DNA of 64,000 bases. Source: Spirochaetia bacterium. GTDB taxonomy: Bacteria > Spirochaetota > Spirochaetia > UBA9216. A program made the translations under genes and the position numbers. Positions within the stretch are counted from its first letter, which is position 1. Every line of letters begins with the position of its first letter. Shown here piece after piece: positions 9,149-20,017 of this stretch. Where the stretch lies: assembly GCA_963675665.1 (NCBI GenBank), contig OY776510.1, positions 1,248,001 to 1,312,000 of the forward strand. The letters are read 5' to 3'. Under the pieces are notes generated by a model. It had not been told where the DNA came from. It did not search any database and saw only the letters and a list, made by a program, of their open reading frames with translations.

Positions 9149-10591
9149 TTAAACGTTTGTCTGGTTGTTCATCAGGTATTCGTGCATGGTTTCAGCCGCT
9201 ATTGTGCCCGAATTCATTGCCCTGACTACAAGGGACGCTCCGGAAGCAGCATCGCCTGCTGCGAAAACTCCCGGTATGGATGTTTCGCCCCTGGCGTTTG
9301 TTTCAATATTGCCCCTGGGATCCATTTTGGGATCAAGCGCTTTTATCAGGTCGCCGCCTTCAAGATGTACAAACCCGGCTGCAATTAGTACCAAATCCAC
9401 CGGTATTTCGAATTCACTTCCGGGAATTTCTTTCATCTCCATTCTTCCATTGAACTTGTTTCGTCCCCATTCAACCCTTGCAAGATAGGCTTTCTGGACG
9501 TCAACTCCCATTCCTGTGAAATAGGATGTTGCAATATTCCATTCACGTTCGCAGCCTTCCTCATGAGAACTGGAGGTCCGCAGGATGTTCGGCCAGTCCG
9601 GCCATGACGGATTAGTCGGTTCCACCCATTCAAGAGGTTTCGGCATGATTTCTATCTGCTTTACCGAACGGGCTCCCTGTCGTATTGCTGTGCCTACACA
9701 GTCGGAGCCGGTATCGCCTCCGCCTATAACCAGAACACGTTTATCTTTTGCCGATATTATTTCGCCGAAATCAAAGTCTCCCTCGCAGTATTTATTTGAC
9801 TGGGTCAGGTATTCCATTGCGAAATGAATTCCCTCAAGGCCTCTTCCTCCGGCGGGAATGTCGCGCGGTTTGCCTGCTCCTACTGCAATCAGGATGGAGT
9901 CGAATGAGCGCTGAAGGTAAACGGCGGAGATGTCTTCCCCTATGGAAACCTCTGTTTCGAACTGGATTCCTTCAGCCTTCATTATCTCAAGGCGCCGGTC
10001 GATTATTTTTTTCTCAAGTTTGAACTCCGGGATGCCGTAGCGCATCAGTCCGCCGATACGATCCGATTTTTCAAATACTGTTACAGCATGGCCGTGTTTT
10101 CTGAGGTATGAAGCAGCAGACAGTCCGGCGGGACCGGAGCCGACAATCGCAACCCTTTTGCCGCTTTCGTATTTCGGCGGTTCAGGTTCTACCCAGCCTT
10201 CGGTGAAAGCTTTCTCAATTATCGCCAGTTCGATTTCCTGGATTGCCACAGGCGCGCTGTTTATTGACATTGTGCATGATTTTTCACAGGGCGCCGGACA
10301 GATTCTTCCGGTAATCTCGGGAAAAGTCGAGGTTGCCGCAAGCCGATCATATGCAGTTTTCCACTGCCCCTTGTAGACAAGATCATTCCATTCCGGTATG
10401 AGGTTTCCCAACGGGCAGCCCATGGCATGACAGTAGGGAATTCCGCAGTCCATACAGCGCGCGCCCTGGGATTCAAGTTCCTTATGCCCGGGCCTGATTG
10501 TGAATTCGTTATAATGTTTTATCCGGTTTTCCGCCGGTTCATATTTCTTTCCTATTCTCTTTATTTCAAGAAATCCTCTATTGCTTCCCAT
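9149..10591 (-). CDS. gltD: Glutamate synthase small subunit
   Basis: RCMDCGIPYC, GSGPAGL, GGGDTGSDC, GDAASGASLVV. Confidence 0.96.
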   Translation of the reverse strand: MGSNRGFLEIKRIGKKYEPAENRIKHYNEFTIRPGHKELESQGARCMDCGIPYCHAMGCPLGNLIPEWNDLVYKGQWKTAYDRLAATSTFPEITGRICPAPCEKSCTMSINSAPVAIQEIELAIIEKAFTEGWVEPEPPKYESGKRVAIVGSGPAGLSAASYLRKHGHAVTVFEKSDRIGGLMRYGIPEFKLEKKIIDRRLEIMKAEGIQFETEVSIGEDISAVYLQRSFDSILIAVGAGKPRDIPAGGRGLEGIHFAMEYLTQSNKYCEGDFDFGEIISAKDKRVLVIGGGDTGSDCVGTAIRQGARSVKQIEIMPKPLEWVEPTNPSWPDWPNILRTSSSHEEGCEREWNIATSYFTGMGVDVQKAYLARVEWGRNKFNGRMEMKEIPGSEFEIPVDLVLIAAGFVHLEGGDLIKALDPKMDPRGNIETNARGETSIPGVFAAGDAASGASLVVRAMNSGTIAAETMHEYLMNNQTNV

Positions 10592-13500
10592 TATTCCTCA
10601 CTCCCCTTTAGCGGTATTACCTTGACAAATGCCGGCGACATTTCCACCCAGTCTTCAATAATTTTGGATGCATATTTACTGCCTGTAAGTTTGATGTGTT
10701 TTTCTATAAGAGCTTTAAGATCTTCCAGTTCTTCAGTTCCTGACATCGGTTCCACATTGACCATTTCCAGGTTACACTTTGTATCGAAAAGCTGATCCTC
10801 ATCGAGTACGTAGGCTACGCCGCCGCTCATGCCTGCGGCAAAATTAAGTCCCGTTTTCCCGAGAACGACAACCTTTCCTCCGGTCATGTATTCACAGCCG
10901 TGATCACCGACTCCTTCTACTACCGCAGTAACGCCGCTGTTTCTGACGGCAAAACGTTCACCGGCCATTCCGCTGATGAAAACCTCTCCGTCGGTTGCTC
11001 CGAAAAGATTAACATTGCCGGTTATAATGTTGTTCTGGGAACGGAAAATGGATTCTTTCGGGGGATATATAATAAGTTGTCCTCCCGACAGGCCTTTTCC
11101 GAGGTAATCGTTAGCGGTTCCCGAAAGTTCGAACCGTATGCCCGGAGCCAGAAATGCTCCGAAACTCTGCCCGGCGTGTCCGCTGAATTTGCAGTGAATG
11201 CTGTTTTCCGGCAGGCCCTCATGGGAATATTTGTTTGAAACCCGGCAGCTGAGTGTTGCTCCGGCCGAGCGGTCCGTATTTCTGATGACAGATTCAATCA
11301 CGACTGATTTTTTACCGCCGTTTATTACTTCTTTCGCCTGGTTAAGCAGCATCGAGTCTATATGCGAATCAAGGTTGATTTTGTTGTCCGCCGTGCAGAG
11401 ATATTCGTCCCGCGAAGCGGCTTCGGGTTTATGAAGTACTGCTGTAAGATCAATTCCTCTTGCTTTCCATGTTTCGATTGCATCATTCATTTCAAGCATT
11501 TCGGTTCTGCCGACCAGCTCATCGATGGTTCTGATGCCGAGCGACGCCATAATCTCCCTGGTTTCCTCAGCGACGAACATCATGTAATTCATGAGATGTT
11601 CCGGTTTGCCGGCAAAGCGTTTTCTGAGTTCGGGGTCCTGGGTTGCAACTCCGACAGGGCAGGTATTTTTATGACATTTTCTCATCATAACGCAGCCGAG
11701 GGTTACAAGTGAGGCCGTTCCGAAACCGAATTCCTCGGCGCCGAGCATTGCAGCAATAACTATATCCCTTCCGGTTCTCATCTGTCCGTCGGTTTGAAGC
11801 CTGACGTTTTTACGAAGACCGTTCATAACAAGGGTCTGCTGTGTTTCGGCAAGTCCGAGCTCCCAGGGCATGCCTGCATACTTGATGGAAGATATCGGGG
11901 ACGCACCGGTGCCGCCGTCGCCGCCGCTGATAAGGATCATGTCGGCTTTTCCTTTTGCCACTCCGGCCGCTATTGTTCCGACACCTGCCTCGGATACAAG
12001 TTTGACTGAAACCCTGGCTTCGGGGTTTCCGCATTTAAGATCATAGATAAGCTGGGCCAAATCTTCTATCGAGTATATGTCGTGGTGGGGCGGCGGAGAA
12101 ATCAGTGTTGTTCCAGGATTTGCATGCCGGGTTTTTCCGATAAACTCGTCAACCTTGTATCCCGGCAACTGACCGCCTTCGCCGGGTTTTGCTCCCTGTG
12201 CAATCTTGATTTGGAGCTCGCGGGCTTTTGAAAGATAATTGCTTGTAACCCCGAACCGTGCCGATGCAATCTGTTTTACCTTGCCGTTCATGGAGTCGCC
12301 GTTTTCAAGCGGGGTGTAACGTTCGATATTTTCTCCGCCTTCTCCGGAATTGCTCATTCCTCCAAGCCTGTTCATTGCAATTGCTATTGTTTCATGAGCT
12401 TCACGGCTGATCGAACCCAGCGACATTGCGGACGAAACAAAGCGTTTAACAATTTCTGATGCAGGTTCAACCTGGTCTATATCGATTGGTTCTGTCTGCC
12501 TGAATTTAAACAGGCTTCGCAGGGTGCATAGTTTTTCGGATGTATTATTTATATCAGCGCTGAACTTACCGTATGCTTCAGCGTCATTGTTCCTGGCGGC
12601 ACGCTGCATATTTACAACAGCTTCAGGAGTCATCAGGTGTTTTTCCGAGAATTTTCTGTAATGAAGTTTTCCTCCCGAGGGAATTATTCCCCGGTTGAGT
12701 TCTGCCGATTCGTTAAAAACGCCCTTGTGTCTCGAAAGAGTGTCCAGGGCAAGTTTTTCAAGACCGATACCGCCGATGCGAGACGCGGTTCCGCTGAAAT
12801 ATTTGTCCACAAACGAACTTTCCAGCCCGATAGCCTCGAAAAGCTGGGAGCCCCGGTATGAACGGAGCGTTGAAACCCCCATTTTGGAGAGTATTTTCAG
12901 CAGGCCGGTTTTACATGCCCTGATATAATTTTCGGCGGCTGTTTCAAGTTTCAAGTCTGCCGAAATAGTTCCCTGATCCTGTAGCTGCGGAAGGCTTTCG
13001 AAAACAAGATAGGGGTTTATGGCGCTTACACCGTAGCCGAGCAGCAGCGCCATATGCATTACATCGCGGGCTTCTCCTGTTTCAATAAATAATCCGGCTA
13101 TCTGGCGCAGTTTTGCATCGACAAGTGCGTGGTGTACTGCGGAAACTGCAAGCAGGGACGGAATCGGAGCATTTTCGGGGGTAATGTTCCTGTCCGAAAG
13201 GATTATAAAGGTACGGCCCTCTTTTACTTTATCTATAGCTTCAGAACAGATCCGATCAAGCGCTTTCTCCAGTTCGGCGCTTCCGCCCGCGGCAGGATAA
13301 ACCGCCTCTATAACTGCAGAGGACATTCCCTGCATATCGACTACTTTCAGTCTTCTTATATCATCGTTAGACAATATGGGATGCTGAAGTTTGAGCATGT
13401 GGCAATGTTCGCTTGTTTCAGTCAGCAGGTTTCCTTCCCGGCCGATATAGCTCATAAGGCTCATAACGAGGTGTTCCCTGTAGGGATCAATTGGGGGGTT

Positions 13501-15060
13501 AGTTACCTGTGCGAACAGCTGCTTGAAGTAATCAAAAAGCAGTGTTGATCTGTTTGAAAGAATTGCAAGAGCCTCATCGTTTCCCATTGAGCTTAGAGGT
13601 TCTTTTCCATCGGTTGCCATTGGCGCAATTATTTTTGTCAGTTCTTCATGACTAATTCCGAAAACCTTTTGCATGTTTTTTATTGTGTCCGGGTCCGTTT
13701 CCGTAATTTCCGGAACCTGGAACAGGCCGCGCAGTTCTATCCGGTTTTCTTCAAGCCACCTTCGGTAAGGCTTGGAGCGGCATATTTCAGATTTGATTTC
13801 ATTATCATATTTAACGCGGCCGGAAGAAATGTCGACCATCAGCATCTTGCCGGGAGCCAGTCGTCCGTGTTTGAGAACATCTGCCGGATTTATATCAAGA
13901 ACACCTGATTCGGAAGCAAGAACAAACCGGCCCTGCCTGGTAAGCGTCCAGCGGGCGGGACGAAGACCGTTTCGATCAAGCGACGCCCCGATTTTTTCAC
14001 CGTCTGTAAAGACTATGGCTGCGGGACCGTCCCACGGCGCCATAATTGCAGAGTGATATTCATAAAATGCGCGTCTGTCCTGGCTGATGTGGTACGACTG
14101 CCCGAAGGCTTCCGGCATCATCATCATTGCGGAGTGCTCAATGCTTCGGCCTGACGACATGAGCAGTTCAAGCACCGCATCGAAATTGGCCGAATCCGAC
14201 AGGCTGCTGTTTGTAACCGGCAGCAATTTCTTTAAATCGTTTCCGAATTCATTTGAATACAGATTCAGTTCATGCGCATGCATACGGTTCAGGTTCCCTT
14301 TAAGGGTGTTGATTTCGCCGTTGTGTGCAATACAGCGAAAAGGCTGGGCCAGTATCCATGACGGAAAAGTATTTGTGCTGTAGCGCTGATGGACTATTGC
14401 AAAAGCCGACTTGAAATTGTCGCAGCGGAGATCATCATAGAAGGCTTCAAGCTGGGGCGCTACGAACATACCCTTGTATACTATGGTGCGGCATGATAAT
14501 GAAGCCGTATATACATCTTCAAGCGAGAAGTGGGCGTCTGCAGCCTTGCTGTCGATTACCTTGCGGATTACATATAGTCTGCGTTCCAGTTCTTTTCCGG
14601 AAGCGCTGCCGCATGTTATAAACGCCTGTTTTACATCCGGGCGCGAAGCCTCGGCATTTTTTCCAAGACAGGACGGGTTAACCGGCACATCGCGCCATCC
14701 GAGGATCTTTGCGCCGTTTTCGGAGCAGGCTTTTTCTATCAGTGTAACCGCATCCTTGTTCTGTTCGGGATCAAGCGGAAGAAAGAACATGCCTATTCCG
14801 TATTTCCCGTTTTCCGGCAGACTGATTTTCAGTTTCCGGCATTCATCTCTGAAAAAGGCGAACGGAATCTGAAAAAGAATTCCTGCTCCGTCCCCGGTAT
14901 TATCGTTTGTCTCGGCGCCTCTGTGAACAAGTTTTTTTAAAATCGTTAAACCGTCAACAATTATCTGGTGTTCAGGTTCGCCGGAAATGTTGGCTGTAAA
15001 GCCGATGCCGCAGGCATCATGTTCAAATGAGGGGTCGTACAGGCCCTGTTTTTGCTGCAT
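10591..15060 (-). CDS. gltB: Glutamate synthase large subunit
   Basis: EHDACGIG amidotransferase start, HQRYSTNT, GAKPGEGGQLPG, GCVMMRKCHKNTCPVG; start placed at ATG 15060 after GGGAG. Confidence 0.97.
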   Translation of the reverse strand: MQQKQGLYDPSFEHDACGIGFTANISGEPEHQIIVDGLTILKKLVHRGAETNDNTGDGAGILFQIPFAFFRDECRKLKISLPENGKYGIGMFFLPLDPEQNKDAVTLIEKACSENGAKILGWRDVPVNPSCLGKNAEASRPDVKQAFITCGSASGKELERRLYVIRKVIDSKAADAHFSLEDVYTASLSCRTIVYKGMFVAPQLEAFYDDLRCDNFKSAFAIVHQRYSTNTFPSWILAQPFRCIAHNGEINTLKGNLNRMHAHELNLYSNEFGNDLKKLLPVTNSSLSDSANFDAVLELLMSSGRSIEHSAMMMMPEAFGQSYHISQDRRAFYEYHSAIMAPWDGPAAIVFTDGEKIGASLDRNGLRPARWTLTRQGRFVLASESGVLDINPADVLKHGRLAPGKMLMVDISSGRVKYDNEIKSEICRSKPYRRWLEENRIELRGLFQVPEITETDPDTIKNMQKVFGISHEELTKIIAPMATDGKEPLSSMGNDEALAILSNRSTLLFDYFKQLFAQVTNPPIDPYREHLVMSLMSYIGREGNLLTETSEHCHMLKLQHPILSNDDIRRLKVVDMQGMSSAVIEAVYPAAGGSAELEKALDRICSEAIDKVKEGRTFIILSDRNITPENAPIPSLLAVSAVHHALVDAKLRQIAGLFIETGEARDVMHMALLLGYGVSAINPYLVFESLPQLQDQGTISADLKLETAAENYIRACKTGLLKILSKMGVSTLRSYRGSQLFEAIGLESSFVDKYFSGTASRIGGIGLEKLALDTLSRHKGVFNESAELNRGIIPSGGKLHYRKFSEKHLMTPEAVVNMQRAARNNDAEAYGKFSADINNTSEKLCTLRSLFKFRQTEPIDIDQVEPASEIVKRFVSSAMSLGSISREAHETIAIAMNRLGGMSNSGEGGENIERYTPLENGDSMNGKVKQIASARFGVTSNYLSKARELQIKIAQGAKPGEGGQLPGYKVDEFIGKTRHANPGTTLISPPPHHDIYSIEDLAQLIYDLKCGNPEARVSVKLVSEAGVGTIAAGVAKGKADMILISGGDGGTGASPISSIKYAGMPWELGLAETQQTLVMNGLRKNVRLQTDGQMRTGRDIVIAAMLGAEEFGFGTASLVTLGCVMMRKCHKNTCPVGVATQDPELRKRFAGKPEHLMNYMMFVAEETREIMASLGIRTIDELVGRTEMLEMNDAIETWKARGIDLTAVLHKPEAASRDEYLCTADNKINLDSHIDSMLLNQAKEVINGGKKSVVIESVIRNTDRSAGATLSCRVSNKYSHEGLPENSIHCKFSGHAGQSFGAFLAPGIRFELSGTANDYLGKGLSGGQLIIYPPKESIFRSQNNIITGNVNLFGATDGEVFISGMAGERFAVRNSGVTAVVEGVGDHGCEYMTGGKVVVLGKTGLNFAAGMSGGVAYVLDEDQLFDTKCNLEMVNVEPMSGTEELEDLKALIEKHIKLTGSKYASKIIEDWVEMSPAFVKVIPLKGSEE

Positions 15061-15088
15061 AGAAAACTCCCGATTGTCATCTTCATAT

Positions 15089-15110
15089 TTGTGGCAACAT
15101 ATTGCCACAA
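15089..15110. promoter_or_regulatory. Palindromic operator upstream of gltB (candidate NrpR site)
   Basis: TTGTGGCAA-CATA-TTGCCACAA; the half-site recurs at about 15153-15161. Confidence 0.6.
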
Positions 15111-15195
15111 TAAGTATTGCAAGTCAATGATTACGGGGTTAAATTTATGAATTTGTGGCAATATTACCTAATAAATTTGAGAAAAAACATTAAAA

Positions 15196-16203
15196 CTAGC
15201 GATAAAGCTGTATTCTGGAAGGAAGTGAAGTGAAGTGAAATAAGGAACTGTAGTCGGCGAGGTTGCTTACTGCATGAGAAACGACATCGAGTTTGTTTTC
15301 AATCAGGGCTGAGACCGGGTTCAGCCCTCCGAGAGCAATACAACCGGCACGGCCTACGTTTATGGGTATTTCCAGCAGGGAATGTTCCGGATATCCGAAT
15401 TTCAGAACATTGCCGAGGCCGAGTTTTTCCATTCTGCCGGCAATCCGTACAGCCTGCCGCCGCGCCTCCGAAGGTATCTCGAAAAAATTTGCCCCGATAC
15501 GGCCGGTTCCGGAACCTACAATATCCAAAAGATTCGTCATCCTGCTCTGGGTGAATATTTCAAGCGGATCTATGCTTGTTCCGTCGTAGTTAATAATTTC
15601 TACGAAACGGACAGGATCTCCGTTTTCTATCTGAAGGAGCCCGCCGAAACGTGAATTAACGGGAATACCGCTTTTGGTTAAAACCCCGTTTAATGTGAAT
15701 GAGCATACTGTTCCGAGTCCGATGCACCCTTCCGGTACGGAAAGGTTTCCGGTGAGCTCTCCCTCTTTGTATAAATTTACCATCTGTCCCATTGAGTAGC
15801 CGGTTTTAAATACGGAAATCAGAATCTCTGTTGCCTTGTCAATGTCCTTTTTTTTGATGTAACTGATGTTGACGATGACCGGGCCTTTCTGACTACGTAT
15901 ATCGAAATTCATCCGCCAGGCCATCTGTTCTATTCTTGTATTGAGAAAACCTACCTTTTCAAATACTCTTGAAGCTTCAAGTTCGCGAATTCCCTTGGCT
16001 GTAATAAACCTGCCGTGTTTCTCGGAATATTCAGTCAGGCCCTCCTCGTCCATGGATTTCAGGTGATGTCTGATTGTGCGCGGACTTATATCATATCCAA
16101 TGTCCAGCAGTTCATCCGTAATGGTCTTGCTGGCAAGCGGTTCGCCGGCATCTCTGAGAACCCTGAGTATTGCAAGCCGTTTTTTCTCAATACGTTCCTT
16201 CAT
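15196..16203 (-). CDS. nrpR: NrpR-family nitrogen repressor (wHTH + DUF128/NRD)
   Basis: N-terminal wHTH (RTIRHHLKSMDEEGLT); TVCSFTLNGVL, GTSIDPLEIF, GGLNPV; adjacent to gltBD. Confidence 0.88.
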   Translation of the reverse strand: MKERIEKKRLAILRVLRDAGEPLASKTITDELLDIGYDISPRTIRHHLKSMDEEGLTEYSEKHGRFITAKGIRELEASRVFEKVGFLNTRIEQMAWRMNFDIRSQKGPVIVNISYIKKKDIDKATEILISVFKTGYSMGQMVNLYKEGELTGNLSVPEGCIGLGTVCSFTLNGVLTKSGIPVNSRFGGLLQIENGDPVRFVEIINYDGTSIDPLEIFTQSRMTNLLDIVGSGTGRIGANFFEIPSEARRQAVRIAGRMEKLGLGNVLKFGYPEHSLLEIPINVGRAGCIALGGLNPVSALIENKLDVVSHAVSNLADYSSLFHFTSLPSRIQLYR

Positions 16204-16306
16204 CTATGTTTCTAGTTACACTAGATTGCTGCTGTTGTAAAGTAAAAAAATCTGTTTTAACAGCTGATACTCTTAACTTTATCAGGAAAAAAAATTATAT
16301 TCATTA

Positions 16307-17881
16307 TTGAGCTACATAAATGTAGGAATATGGAGAGAAAAATTGACAGATATTAAGGATGCGCATTACAGGAGAAAGATAAAGGAACAGGCAGCTCTTT
16401 ATGAAATAAGCAGTATTCTGGACGGAAGTTCGGATCTGCAGCATGCAATTTCCCCGATTCTGGATGTTCTGGCATCAGAGTTGGATATGAAACGGAGTAC
16501 TGTAACCCTTCTGAACAGATTGACCGAAGAGGTTAAAATCGAGGCCGCACACGGACTGTCGCCACAGCAGAAGATTCTCGGGCGTTATAGCCCGGGAGAG
16601 GGCATAATTGGACGTGTTATCAGTACCGGAGCGCCTGAGGTTATTCCCGATATTACGGAAAATCCTGATTTTCTGGATAAAACGCAGGCCCGCGGAGATC
16701 TCAAGGGCAGAAAGGCCGCTTTTGTCTGTGTGCCCATACAGATTGAAGGCAAGGTAATAGGAACGCTGAGCATCGATCGTGAACATGACGGTGAGGACGA
16801 TTTTGCAGGTGAAGTACGTTTTCTGCAAATTGTCGGTTCAATGATTGCGCAGGCGGTTAAGGTGCGGCGGCGGGTACAGGAAGAAAAAGACCGCAACAGG
16901 GAATTGCAGAAAAAGCTTGAGCATACCTTCACCCCGGCCAATATAATAGGAAAATCCAATGCGATGCGAGAGGTTTTTGATCTTATTGAACAGGTTTCCG
17001 GAAGTAACGCAACGGTTCTTATCCGCGGCGAGAGCGGCACGGGCAAGGAGCTGGCGGCGCAGGCAATTCATTACAGCAGTCCCAGGGCTCATATGCCGTT
17101 TATAAAAGTAAACTGTGCAGCGCTTCCGGAATCTGTTATTGAAAGCGAGCTTTTCGGTCATGAAAAAGGCGCTTTCACCTCCGCCATAGCATCCAGGAAA
17201 GGGCGGTTTGAACTGGCCAATAACGGTACGATATTTCTTGATGAAATCGGCGACCTGACTCCCATGACCCAGGTAAAGCTGTTAAGGGTTTTACAGGAAC
17301 AGGAGTTTGAGCGCGTCGGCGGAACCGAAACAATAAAGGTGAATGTTCGTATTATAGCAGCGACAAACCGGCCCCTGGAAAAAATGATGAGTAAAGGTGA
17401 ATTTCGGGAGGATCTTTATTACCGTCTGAATGTATTTCCGGTAAATATGCCTCCTCTGCGTGACCGCAAATCGGATATTATCCTGCTTGCGGATGCTTTT
17501 GCCGAGAAGTATGCAAAACTCAATAATAAGGAAATAAAACGAATTTCTACGCCTGCCATTGAGCTTCTGATAAGTTACCACTGGCCTGGAAATGTACGTG
17601 AGCTTGAAAACTGTATTGAGCGCGCGGTGCTTCTGACTGCCGACGGCGTTATTCACGGGAACCTTCTTCCTCCCAGTCTTCAATCCGCCGAATCAACCGA
17701 CAGCGCTCCGGTTTCAGGGCTTCAGGCGGCTCTTGACAGGCTGGAAGTGGAAATGCTTGAGGATGCGTTGAAATCGAGCAGGGGCAATATGGCCGCAGCC
17801 GCACGCCGGCTTGGCCTGACCGAACGTAAAATGGGGTTAAGGGTAGTCAAATACGGTATTGATCCCAAAAAATATTCATAG
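16307..17881 (+). CDS. NifA-like GAF-AAA+-HTH sigma54 enhancer-binding protein
   Basis: GAF domain, GESGTGKE, ESELFGHEKGAFTSA, FLDEIG, WPGNVREL, Fis HTH; start could be TTG 16343. Confidence 0.92.
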   Translation: MSYINVGIWREKLTDIKDAHYRRKIKEQAALYEISSILDGSSDLQHAISPILDVLASELDMKRSTVTLLNRLTEEVKIEAAHGLSPQQKILGRYSPGEGIIGRVISTGAPEVIPDITENPDFLDKTQARGDLKGRKAAFVCVPIQIEGKVIGTLSIDREHDGEDDFAGEVRFLQIVGSMIAQAVKVRRRVQEEKDRNRELQKKLEHTFTPANIIGKSNAMREVFDLIEQVSGSNATVLIRGESGTGKELAAQAIHYSSPRAHMPFIKVNCAALPESVIESELFGHEKGAFTSAIASRKGRFELANNGTIFLDEIGDLTPMTQVKLLRVLQEQEFERVGGTETIKVNVRIIAATNRPLEKMMSKGEFREDLYYRLNVFPVNMPPLRDRKSDIILLADAFAEKYAKLNNKEIKRISTPAIELLISYHWPGNVRELENCIERAVLLTADGVIHGNLLPPSLQSAESTDSAPVSGLQAALDRLEVEMLEDALKSSRGNMAAAARRLGLTERKMGLRVVKYGIDPKKYS

Positions 17882-17884
17882 TAG

Positions 17885-17920
17885 ATTAGGCAATCCTACA
17901 AATTTGTAGGATTGCCTAAT
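17885..17920. repeat. Perfect 36-bp palindrome (candidate activator UAS and/or terminator)
   Basis: ATTAGGCAATCCTACAAA|TTTGTAGGATTGCCTAAT. Confidence 0.8.
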
Positions 17921-18047
17921 GTTGAAAACATTTATGTAGGATTTAAATTTTAATACAAAAAGTTATAAGACTCAGATAAAATATTTATATTCTTTAATTC
18001 CTTCTTATATAAACATTTACAAAATATTTTGAAATTGTTCCTGTAGT

Positions 18048-18063
18048 TGGCACACCCCTTGCA
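18048..18063 (+). promoter_or_regulatory. Sigma54 (-24/-12) promoter of amtB-glnK
   Basis: TGGCAC-ACCCC-TTGCA, consensus match, just upstream of the amtB ATG at 18102. Confidence 0.88.
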
Positions 18064-18101
18064 GTATAGGAGATGGGTAGAAAAACTTACAGGAGAGAAA
18101 T

Positions 18102-19442
18102 ATGAAGATTAAAAGGATTATCATCCTTGCCTCAGCCGGTTTTCTTTTTACAGCAGCAGCGTTATTTGCTGAGGATAATACGGCTGAAACATTGGCTCTG
18201 TATTCAGATGCCTTCGACATGATTTGGCTGGTTCTTGCCGCCGCGCTTGTATTTTTTATGCAGGCCGGATTTGCGATGGTAGAAACCGGGCTGACCAGGG
18301 CAAAAAATGCGGGAAACATCATTATGAAAAACCTGATGGACTTTGCCGCGGGGGCTGTTGCTTTTTTTGCAATAGGCTGGGCCTTGATGTACGGTTCAAC
18401 CGCCGGCGGATTTATCGGGACTGATCAGTTTTTTATTACGGGAGCTGATTCAACAGTGCTTCGCGACTGGATTTTTCAGGTAGTTTTTGCTGCAACTGCT
18501 GCAACAATTGTATCCGGCGCCATGGCGGAAAGAACCAAGTTTACCAGTTATCTGCTTTACTCAGTGGTGATTTCAGCAGTCATTTACCCGATTTCGGGAC
18601 ACTGGATATGGAGCGGAGTAGGCTGGCTCGGAAATCTTGGTTTTCATGACTTTGCCGGATCAACTGTTGTTCACTCCGTCGGAGGATGGGCAGCGCTTGC
18701 TGGAGCAATTGTGCTTGGACCGCGTATGGGAAAATATGTTGAAGTTAACGGAAAAAAAGTCAGCAAGGCTATTCCGGGACATAATATGCCGCTTGCGGCA
18801 CTCGGCGTGTTTATTTTGTGGTTCGGCTGGTACGGGTTCAACTGCGGTTCTACACTGTCCGGTACTGATCTTGGAATTGCAGCTGTAGCAGTTACTACAA
18901 CTCTTGCAGCTTCAACAGGCGCAATAGGTGCAATGATTACATCATGGATTCAGTTCGGTAAACCGGATCCGTCCATGTCGCTTAACGGCGCTCTTGCAGG
19001 TCTTGTTGGTATTACTGCGGGTTGCGGAGTAGTTTCACCGGTCGGAGCTTTGATTATCGGTATTATTGCAGGTATCCTTGTTGTTCTTTCAGTTGAGTTC
19101 TTTGACAAGGTCCTTAAAATTGATGACCCTGTCGGGGCAGTTTCAGTACACGGTGTATGCGGTGTATGGGGCACTCTGGCTGTAGGCCTGTTTGCTGTTC
19201 CTGGTAACGGTATGGCCGGAACCGGTCTGTTTTACGGCGGCGGAGCCGCGCAGCTTGGCGTTCAGGCCCTTGGAGCGTTGTCGGTATTCGCATGGGTATT
19301 CGTAACAGCCTTTGTTCTTTTTAATGTAATCAAGAAAGTCGTCGGCCTCAGGGTTTCAGCGAAAGATGAACAGGAAGGTCTTGATACAAGTGAACATGGT
19401 ATGGAATCCTACAGTGGTTTCCAGATATTCAGTAATATGTAA
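18102..19442 (+). CDS. amtB: Ammonium transporter
   Basis: [38 protein letters not shown]. Confidence 0.97.
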   Translation: MKIKRIIILASAGFLFTAAALFAEDNTAETLALYSDAFDMIWLVLAAALVFFMQAGFAMVETGLTRAKNAGNIIMKNLMDFAAGAVAFFAIGWALMYGSTAGGFIGTDQFFITGADSTVLRDWIFQVVFAATAATIVSGAMAERTKFTSYLLYSVVISAVIYPISGHWIWSGVGWLGNLGFHDFAGSTVVHSVGGWAALAGAIVLGPRMGKYVEVNGKKVSKAIPGHNMPLAALGVFILWFGWYGFNCGSTLSGTDLGIAAVAVTTTLAASTGAIGAMITSWIQFGKPDPSMSLNGALAGLVGITAGCGVVSPVGALIIGIIAGILVVLSVEFFDKVLKIDDPVGAVSVHGVCGVWGTLAVGLFAVPGNGMAGTGLFYGGGAAQLGVQALGALSVFAWVFVTAFVLFNVIKKVVGLRVSAKDEQEGLDTSEHGMESYSGFQIFSNM

Positions 19443-19542
19443 GAAAATTGTACTTCCATGTACAATTTTCTTCAGGAGAAATGTGCAGGACACATTTCTC
19501 CAAGCATTGAATGTTGACGTCATCCATGACGGAGGAGTTTTT

Positions 19543-19884
19543 ATGAAATTAATAACGGCTTTTATTCAGCCGCATATGCTAAATAAAGTAAAACAGGAAT
19601 TGTATAAAAATGAAATATACAAAATGTCCGTAACCAATGCGTTGGGATGCGGACAGCAGAAAGGCTACACGGAATCATACAGAGGTATTGATGTTGAAGT
19701 TAACCTGCTTAAAAAATTAAGGCTTGACATTGCGGTCAATGAAGATTTTGTCAAACCTACAATCGATGCGATCATTGAAGGGGCAAGAACCGGAGAGATT
19801 GGAGACGGCAAGATCTTCGTAACCCCTATTGAAGAGTGTATCCGAATAAGAAACGGAGAATCCGGAAAGATAGCAATCGGCTGA
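19543..19884 (+). CDS. glnK: P-II nitrogen regulatory protein
   Basis: GCGQQKG, T-loop [14 protein letters not shown]; ATG after GGAGGAG. Confidence 0.93.
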   Translation: MKLITAFIQPHMLNKVKQELYKNEIYKMSVTNALGCGQQKGYTESYRGIDVEVNLLKKLRLDIAVNEDFVKPTIDAIIEGARTGEIGDGKIFVTPIEECIRIRNGESGKIAIG

Positions 19885-19889
19885 TTTCA

Positions 19890-19922
19890 GGAAAGGCCGG
19901 CGGCTGTTGCCGCCGCTTTTCC
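19890..19922 (+). terminator. GC hairpin with short U tract after glnK
   Basis: CGGCGGC-TGTT-GCCGCCG-CTTTT. Confidence 0.5.
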
Positions 19923-20017
19923 GGAATGACCATCAATGATGTTCATTCCGGAAGGGATAAAATCCTTTTGAACAGATATCAATATTTATGGAGAATAAAT
20001 TTTAAGGAGTTTTTTAA

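Noticed and set aside
15092-15107. TGGCA...TTGC as a sigma54 promoter for gltB
   Set aside because: GG-to-GC spacing is 9 nt instead of the required 10; it is a palindrome.
16307-17881. Calling the activator nifA and inferring nitrogen fixation
   Set aside because: No nif structural genes in the window, and I saw no canonical TGT-N10-ACA site at the adjacent promoter.
19366-19542. N-terminal extension of P-II in the ORF track
   Set aside because: It overlaps amtB; the strong SD and family start are at 19543.
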